Program-made: the position numbers and the translations under genes
Notes under the pieces: model-generated
Seen by the model: only the letters and a program-made list of their open reading frames with translations
Databases searched by the model: none
What the model was told of the DNA's origin: nothing
DNA from: Acidobacteriota bacterium
GTDB lineage: Bacteria; Acidobacteriota; Thermoanaerobaculia; Multivoradales; JAGPDF01
Length of the DNA: 61,998 bases
Assembly (NCBI GenBank): GCA_012521815.1
Contig: JAAYLR010000235.1
Location: 1-61,998 of the forward strand
Direction of reading: 5' to 3'
Shown here: in pieces, positions 57,401 to 61,998 of the stretch
Numbering within the stretch: the stretch's first letter is position 1
Layout: every line of letters begins with the position of its first letter

Positions 57401-57850
57401 GCCCGGGCGTTCCTGCAGAAGCACCTCGATCATCTCGCCGTCGCGAAGCTGAGGCTGAACCGGCCGCTCACTTCGTCCGACCTCTCCGAGCTGGAGCGGC
57501 TGCTTGGCGAGAGTGGCGTCGGCGAGCCGGAAGACATCCGCCGCGCGGCGGAGGATGCTCAGGGCCTGGGGTTGTTCGTCCGCTCGCTGGTCGGAATGGA
57601 CCGGGTGGCGGCGAAGCAGGCGCTGGCGAGCTTCACGGAAGGCAAGACTCTGACCGCGAACCAGCTCGAGTTCGTCAACCTCATCGTGGAGCACCTGACG
57701 GAGCACGGCGTGGTCGAGGCGGCACGGCTCTACGAATCACCGTTCACCGATCTCGCACCCCACGGGCCGGACGACCTGTTCGCCTCGTCGGAACTCGATG
57801 AGTTGATGCGGGTTCTGAATGCCGTTCGGGCCGCTGCGATCGCGGCCTAG
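54416..57850 (+). CDS. hsdR: Type I restriction endonuclease subunit R with an N-terminal DUF4145-like domain and coiled coil (EcoEI-type C-terminus)
   Basis: ATG at 54416 overlaps the ATPase stop (ATGA). The N-terminus reads ARRALELAV...NTLGNRAVH. The PD-(D/E)xK nuclease part reads GFVDYVLWG...LVEAKRT. The helicase motifs are MATGAGKTRT, IIDEAHRS and GLTATP, followed by a long helical C-terminal domain. Confidence 0.85.
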   Translation: MSQFTFLQREWAAVFEAASKAEGAVHADPRTACFYARRALELAVSWAFKHDASLRLPYQDNLSALIHEPSFKQTAGEAVFSKARVINTLGNRAVHSHRPVPEADAVAAVRELFHVAYWFARTYGRTGRPAPGLAFDPAALPRPARAAAQTAEQLQALEARLREKGESLAALLADKTALDEELTRLRAEVAKAKQAAAAQPDTHDYSEAETRDYFIDLLLKEAGWPLDQARDREFEVTGMPNAEGKGFVDYVLWGDDGKPLALVEAKRTRRDPRAGQQQAKLYADCLERQFGRRPVIFYSNGYEHWLWDDTRYPPRRVQGFYKRAELELLIQRRETRRPLAEAAISPTIVERHYQTRAIRRIAEAFERDHDRKALLVMATGAGKTRTVIALCDLLMRCNWAKRVLFLADRVALVNQAVNAFKRHLPDASPVNLVTEKTAEGRVYVSTYPTMMGLIDEMSQDRAGRGSDGQRRFGVGHFDLVIIDEAHRSVFQKYRAIFDYFDSLLVGLTATPKDEVDRNTYRLFDLEDGVPTDAYSLEEAVHDGFLVPPQAVSVPLKFQREGIKYDELSEEDKEQWDALEWDDEGDIPDRVEAEAVNRWLFNQDTVDKVLEHLMRRGQRVAGGDRLGKTIIFAKNQQHAEFIAERFDANYPHLKGAFARVITFKTEYAQSLIEDLSIKDKAPHIAISVDMLDTGIDIPEVANLVFFKLVRSKTKFWQMLGRGTRLCPDLFGPGRDKEFFYLFDYCQNLEYFSQDIPGTDGYAAESLAKRLFDARLELIVELDRCAEQPRDRRPPEQAASHGDPVNESEVRRAVAELLQREVAAMKVDNFIVRPHRRLVEMYADLGAWTALTTDAIAELSQEVAGLPTGLAPESEEARFFDLIVLKLQLAILRSEPTFGLQARLREIAGLLAEKDAIPSVREQMALIQDVLTDEWWQDVTVPMLESMRRRLRGLVHLIDKRRRRPVYTDFEDSIGQETHFTLSGSAVGIDQTRFIAKARAFLQKHLDHLAVAKLRLNRPLTSSDLSELERLLGESGVGEPEDIRRAAEDAQGLGLFVRSLVGMDRVAAKQALASFTEGKTLTANQLEFVNLIVEHLTEHGVVEAARLYESPFTDLAPHGPDDLFASSELDELMRVLNAVRAAAIAA

Positions 57851-57902
57851 GAAAACCTGCCGCCAGCGGCGCGGCGTTCCGATTTCCTCCCCACCCGTCC
57901 CC

Positions 57903-58238
57903 TCACCCCTTCCCTCCCCCCTCCCCCCTCCGCAGCAGCACGAGGTTCCTGGCGTAGAGGAAGGGGAGGAAGAGGAAGCTGAGGATGACGGGGAGCTTGT
58001 CGATGTGGAAGGCGTAGAGGAGGGCGATGACGCTGCCCCAGAAGGAGAGGTGCCAGAAGATCGGGGGGACGACGAGGACGCGTTTCTTCTCCGAGTAGAG
58101 CCACTGGATCACGAAGCGGGAGGAGAAGACCGCGTTGCCGAGGAGGCCGAAGGCGGTCCACCACTTCGACTCGACGTAGAGCCAGGGGAGGAGGGGGGCG
58201 AGGAGGGGGGCCAGGAAGCCGGAGGTCGCGGTGTCCAT
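57903..58238 (-). CDS. Lipid-A-disaccharide synthase N-terminal (LAB_N) domain membrane protein
   Basis: 111 aa. The sequence reads GLLGNAVFSSRFVIQWLYSEKKR...FWHLSFWGSV. It is the C-terminal part of track ORF 57903..59492. Confidence 0.7.
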   Translation of the reverse strand: MDTATSGFLAPLLAPLLPWLYVESKWWTAFGLLGNAVFSSRFVIQWLYSEKKRVLVVPPIFWHLSFWGSVIALLYAFHIDKLPVILSFLFLPFLYARNLVLLRRGEGGGKG

Positions 58239-58288
58239 CGTCTCGTCTCGTTTCCGGGGTTCGGGGGCCGGGCGGGCGGGCCCGGCGG

Positions 58289-59419
58289 TCAGCTGCCTTC
58301 GCCGAGCACCACGGCGACGTCGCGGCGGGTGCCGTCGCGCTCGAGGGTGACGCTCACCGTGGCGCCGGGGCGGTGGCGTTCGAGGGCGAGCAGGAGATCG
58401 GCGCTCGAAGCGACCGGCTCGCCGTCCACGGCGACGATCAGGTCGCCGAGCTCGAGCCGGCCGCGGCGGTCGCGGCGGGTGGGGCGGATGCCGGCGAGCT
58501 CGGCGCCGGAGCCGGGGACGACGTCGACGACGAGCGCGCCGTTGAGCCGCCAGCCGCGCACCACCTCGGCGGCGGCGAGGTGGACGCCGAGCGCCGGCCG
58601 GTGGACGCGGCCGTAGGCGAGCAGATCGGGCACCACCCAGCGGACCGTGTCGACGGGAATCGCGAAGCCGATCCCCGCGTACGCCCCCGAGGGGCTGTAG
58701 ATCGCGGTGTTGACGCCGATCAGCCGCCCGGCGCTGTCGAGCAGCGGGCCGCCCGAGTTGCCGGGGTTGATCGCCGCGTCGGTCTGGATCACGTCGCGGA
58801 TCGGCACCCCGCCCACCGAGTCGATCTCCCGCCCGAGGGCGCTGATCACGCCGGTGGTCAGCGTCTGGTCGAGCCCGAACGGGTTGCCGATCGCGAAGAC
58901 CTTCTGCCCCACCGCGAGGTCGGCCGACGAGCCGACCGGCAGCGGCCGGAGCTGCGCGCGGGGCGCCTCGATCCGCAGCACCGCGAGATCCTTCTCCGGC
59001 GCCGCGCCCACCAGCTTCGCGTCCCAGACCGAGCGGTCGGCGAGCGTCACCTGGGCGGCGTCGGCGTTCTGGACCACGTGGTAGTTGGTGATCACGTGCC
59101 CGGCGTCGTCCCAGAGGAAGCCGGAGCCGGCGCCCCGGGGGATCTCGAGCACGTTGAGGCGGAAGAGATCGCGCCGCACGGCGAGCGAGGTGATGTAGAC
59201 CACCGACGGCGAGGAGGAGCGGAAGAGCTCGATTGTCGTCTGCTCGTCGGCCGCGAGATCGCCGCGCGCCGAAACCGGCGCGAGCGGCCGGTCGCCGCCA
59301 CCCTCGGTCACGACCGGGGCCGGCACGGGAGCGGGCAGCCGCGTGAACCGCTGGCCGGCCGCGAAGGCGAGAGCGAGCAGGAGCAGTAAGAAGAGGAGCC
59401 GGAAGAGTGCGGAGCGCAT
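58289..59419 (-). CDS. htrA: HtrA/DegP-family serine protease with one PDZ domain
   Basis: ATG at 59419 with a signal peptide. The catalytic triad contexts are TNYHVV, KDLAVLRI and GNSGGPL. The PDZ reads LNGALVVDVVPGSGAELAGI. Confidence 0.85.
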   Translation of the reverse strand: MRSALFRLLFLLLLLALAFAAGQRFTRLPAPVPAPVVTEGGGDRPLAPVSARGDLAADEQTTIELFRSSSPSVVYITSLAVRRDLFRLNVLEIPRGAGSGFLWDDAGHVITNYHVVQNADAAQVTLADRSVWDAKLVGAAPEKDLAVLRIEAPRAQLRPLPVGSSADLAVGQKVFAIGNPFGLDQTLTTGVISALGREIDSVGGVPIRDVIQTDAAINPGNSGGPLLDSAGRLIGVNTAIYSPSGAYAGIGFAIPVDTVRWVVPDLLAYGRVHRPALGVHLAAAEVVRGWRLNGALVVDVVPGSGAELAGIRPTRRDRRGRLELGDLIVAVDGEPVASSADLLLALERHRPGATVSVTLERDGTRRDVAVVLGEGS

Positions 59420-59523
59420 GGGAGACGATCCTAGCGCCGCAGGCCCCGGAAGAGCTCCGGTCGTAGGCGCCGCGGTAGGATCGGCGCTCCACACTCCGGA
59501 TGATCCGGGACGAGGAGGTTCCG

Positions 59524-60027
59524 ATGCGTATTGCTGAGACGCTGTTGCCCGAGTTCGATCACGAGATGGCCACCACCCGCAAGGTGCTCGAGCGCCTGCC
59601 GGCCGAGAAGTACAGCTGGACGCCGCACCCGAAGTCGATGACGATGGGCCGGCTCGCCAACCACATCGCCGAGATGGTCTCCTGGGGGGAGGCGGTCCTG
59701 AAGACGAACGGGATCGATCTCCAGCCGCAGGGGGGCGCGAAGCGCGAGCCGTGGGCGCACGCCGAGACCGGGGCGCTGCTCGCCGCTTTCGACGCCGCGG
59801 TAGCCGCCACCCGGGCCGCGCTCCTAGCGACCGAGGATGCCGACTTCGGCGTGATGTGGAGCCTGCGCGCGGGCGATCAGGTCTTCTTCACCCTGCCGCG
59901 CGCCGCGGTCTGGCGCTCGACCCTCCTCAACCACATCATCCACCACCGCGGGCAGCTCAGCGTCTACCTGCGCCTCAACGACCTGCCCGTCCCCGGCATC
60001 TACGGCCCGTCGGCCGACGAAGCCTGA
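59524..60027 (+). CDS. DinB-family (four-helix-bundle, metal-dependent) protein
   Basis: ATG at 59524 follows GGACGAGGAGG. The sequence reads LLPEFDHEMATTRKVLERLP...LANHIAEM...LNHIIHHRGQLSVYLR. Confidence 0.75.
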   Translation: MRIAETLLPEFDHEMATTRKVLERLPAEKYSWTPHPKSMTMGRLANHIAEMVSWGEAVLKTNGIDLQPQGGAKREPWAHAETGALLAAFDAAVAATRAALLATEDADFGVMWSLRAGDQVFFTLPRAAVWRSTLLNHIIHHRGQLSVYLRLNDLPVPGIYGPSADEA

Positions 60028-60119
60028 GCGCGCGGCGCGTCGGCCGCCCCGCCCGCGACCTCCGGTGGGGCGCCGGACTTCTCGCGCTTGACAAGAGGGG
60101 GTCGTCTATACTGGCCACC

Positions 60120-60671
60120 ATGAGAGGGAAATGGCTGGGAGGATCCGCCCTTCTGCTCGCTGCCCTGGCCGCGCTCGGGTTCGCCTGCAAAGGCTCGCAC
60201 CACCCGACCGCGCCGCCGCCGTGGTTGGCCGTCGCCGGCGTCTGGGTCGGCGAGCGCTCGGTGGCGATCGTCACGAAAGGCGAGGACACCTGCCTCGGCC
60301 GTCTGCTCGCCACCCGCCCCCCGAGTCAGATCCGGATCGAGATGGAACTGGAAGAGCCACCCAGGCTCTGGGCCTGGCTCGATATCGACGACGCTGGCGA
60401 GCGTTGCAGGCTTGACGGCGCGGTCCTCGGCTCGGCGGTCTCCTGGACCGAGTTCAGGTGCACTCCGCCCTGCTGGTGGGAGGCGTTCGAATGCGACGGG
60501 CGGCTCTGGTCGTTCTGCCGCACCAGCGCCGGCCAGAGGCAGGAGTTCAAGGGGAAGGTGGAGGCGGGCCGGCTCACCGGTTCCCAGCCGTACGCATTCC
60601 GCGCCACGGCGGGCGACCCCGCGACCGATTACACGGTCGAGCTCCTCTTCCGCTACGACCTCCATCGCTGA
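60120..60671 (+). CDS. Cys-rich hypothetical lipoprotein
   Basis: 183 aa. It has a lipobox (LAALAALGFAC) and 9 further Cys. No SD sequence is present, and a TATACT lies 7 nt upstream of the ATG. I recognise no family. Confidence 0.55.
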   Translation: MRGKWLGGSALLLAALAALGFACKGSHHPTAPPPWLAVAGVWVGERSVAIVTKGEDTCLGRLLATRPPSQIRIEMELEEPPRLWAWLDIDDAGERCRLDGAVLGSAVSWTEFRCTPPCWWEAFECDGRLWSFCRTSAGQRQEFKGKVEAGRLTGSQPYAFRATAGDPATDYTVELLFRYDLHR

Positions 60672-60843
60672 GCGGCGGGCGCTCGCGGCGCGCCGGCAAC
60701 GGGCCCGGGACCTCGGAAGAGGCCCGGGCCCGACGCGTTTCACAGCCAGCGGGCGGAATCCCTAACAGATCTTTCCGGCGGCGGCCGGTACGCTTCCAAG
60801 CAGCGTACCCGAGCTCATCGGCCCCGCCCGGAAGGAGAGAGCC

Positions 60844-61998
60844 ATGAACCGCCTCGCGATCGCCATCCCGCTCCTGCTCTGGATCCTCGCGCCGTCGCCC
60901 GCCCGCGCGGAAATCCTCCTCGCGACCACCTACGACTGCGAGGAGTGGGTCAGCGGCTCCGGCTGGCTCGAGAACTGCGACGGCCTGCGTGACGGGCTGA
61001 CCTGTCACGAGTATCCGTGCGACTGCGAGACGATCACGAGCGCGGCCAACTTTCCGGGCGGTCTCGGCGGGAAGGGGCAGCGGCATCCGCTCTGCGTCGG
61101 TGGCGGCCACAGCGGGGGCGGCACCGGCTTCGACTTCCCCGCGCCGCAGCGGGAGCTCTGGATCCGCTGGTACATGCGCTACGACAGCGACTTCTCCTGG
61201 GATCAGTACCGCGCCAAGATCTTCTACCTCTACACGGACGGCGACGTGCAGCTGATCCCGCAGTTCGGCGACTTCGACCACGGCACCGCCTTCAGCTTCA
61301 CCGCCCAGGGCGCCTCGTACAACAACCCGATCTACGACCGGGGCTTCGACGACATCATGGGCAGCGGCCGCGGCGACGACCAGTGGCACTACTACGAGAT
61401 CCACATCAGGGCCGACACCGACGGCACCGACGGGGTGGGCGAGCTCTGGGTCGACGACCTGCCGGTCCGCTCGCTTGCGAACCTCGACTACGGGATGGCC
61501 GACGGCTCGGGCTGGGCGTGGCTGACGATCGGGAGCAACTACGCTCAGGTGCTCACGAAGGGCAACTGCGACTACGACGACCTCGTGATCTCGAACTCCG
61601 GCCGGATCGGGCCGATCGCCGACGGCGGCACGCTCTCCTGCTACCGCGACGCCGACGGCGACGGCTACTCCGACGGCACCGTCGTGACCGGCGTCCCCGC
61701 CTGCCCGGCCGGCTACGCCGTGGCCGCCGAGCTGATCGCAACGAGCGGCGACTGTGACGATACGAACCCCGCCATCCATCCGGGGGCGATCGAGATCTGC
61801 GACAACGGGATCGACGAGGATTGCGACGGGCGCGACCTGCCGTGCGGCGGCGGCCGGAACCCGATCTGGTCCGAGCCGTTCGACGACGCCGACTTCGGGA
61901 GCCGGGGGTGGCAGGACGACTACGGCAACGTCTGGGTCGATCCGACGGTCAAGTGGAGCGGCCCGGCCTCCTGGCGGATCGCCTGGGACGCCGGCGCG
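60844..61998 (+). CDS. Secreted protein: jelly-roll/polysaccharide-lyase-like N-terminal domain plus Cys/Asp-rich metal-binding-type repeat (CDDTNPAIHPGA.E.CDNGIDEDCDG), 3' end beyond the window
   Basis: It is absent from the ORF track because it has no stop codon in the window. ATG at 60844 follows GGAAGGAGAG. The signal peptide is MNRLAIAIPLLLWILAPSPARA. I translated the open frame by hand to nt 61998. GC3-rich codon usage matches the host. Confidence 0.75.
   Translation, partial: MNRLAIAIPLLLWILAPSPARAEILLATTYDCEEWVSGSGWLENCDGLRDGLTCHEYPCDCETITSAANFPGGLGGKGQRHPLCVGGGHSGGGTGFDFPAPQRELWIRWYMRYDSDFSWDQYRAKIFYLYTDGDVQLIPQFGDFDHGTAFSFTAQGASYNNPIYDRGFDDIMGSGRGDDQWHYYEIHIRADTDGTDGVGELWVDDLPVRSLANLDYGMADGSGWAWLTIGSNYAQVLTKGNCDYDDLVISNSGRIGPIADGGTLSCYRDADGDGYSDGTVVTGVPACPAGYAVAAELIATSGDCDDTNPAIHPGAIEICDNGIDEDCDGRDLPCGGGRNPIWSEPFDDADFGSRGWQDDYGNVWVDPTVKWSGPASWRIAWDAGA

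Larger units (their letters stand above)
48900..57900. other. Lower-GC genomic island carrying a composite Type I R-M locus, with no integrase or transposase visible
   Basis: Hand counts give 34/60 G+C for lines 50941-51000 and 51001-51060, and 37/60 for 53041-53100, versus 46/60 for 48781-48840. The gene content is defence-type and is flanked by housekeeping plsC and envelope genes. Confidence 0.55.

Noticed and set aside
49031-57890. Possible direct repeats might flank the island: GGAAACGCCCAGCGC at ~49031 versus GGAAAACCTGCCGCCAGCGGCGC at ~57853.
   Set aside because: The similarity is short, gapped and GC-rich, and cannot be told apart from chance in this composition. I did not claim it as att sites.
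57819-58616. There is a 265-aa ORF with a Glu/Gly/Asp-rich acidic sequence on the plus strand.
   Set aside because: It is antisense to the LAB_N domain gene and the htrA 3' end, both of which have clear family motifs. Its composition is a mirror artefact of the polypyrimidine tract and GC-rich coding strand.

Overview
The 61,998-bp window comes from a very high-GC chromosome. A hand-counted flank line, 48781-48840, has 46/60 G+C. The organism appears to be a diderm bacterium, because the window encodes outer-membrane beta-barrel proteins, MraY/MurG and an MprF. The phylum cannot be fixed from sequence alone. I support about 55 protein genes, one tmRNA (ssrA, tag ANDNFALAA), one tRNA-Leu(GAG) and several GC-rich hairpin terminators. 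Many gene pairs are translationally coupled through 4-nt ATGA/GTGA or 1-nt TGATG overlaps. Most of the window is housekeeping: mtnA, murG-mraY, thrB-thrC-asd, ald, cca, dus, pgk-tpiA-secG-tRNA-Leu, gap, tsaD and plsC. It also holds a contiguous bacillithiol operon (bshC-bshB1-bshA-yigZ) just downstream of a divergent gap gene, and envelope functions (MprF, HtrA, M14 peptidase, several OMPs). The one clearly accessory segment is a lower-GC island of about 8.7 kb at roughly 49.2-57.9 kb. It carries a Type I restriction-modification system whose hsdM-hsdS and hsdR parts are separated by two extra genes. The first is a class-II (self-inhibited) Fic protein, ATGA-coupled to hsdS. The second is an AAA/DUF4143-type ATPase, ATGA-coupled to a DUF4145-fused hsdR. 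Between these two genes lies a 217-bp spacer with five GCGCC motifs at 11-12-bp spacing and a sigma70-like promoter that would give a leaderless transcript. I consider this composite R-M locus the best candidate for an undescribed defence arrangement. Secondary candidates are a small-protein/minimal-nucleotidyltransferase pair at 13.85-14.56 kb, a four-gene module of small proline-tailed membrane proteins feeding into a PDZ-GAF-GGDEF cyclase at 27.5-31.8 kb, and a 562-aa outer-membrane protein with an uncharacterised Cys-rich N-terminal domain. Many long ORFs in the supplied track are high-GC shadow ORFs or upstream extensions of real genes, and I trimmed or rejected them. One real gene, 60844->window end, is missing from the track because it has no stop codon in the window.
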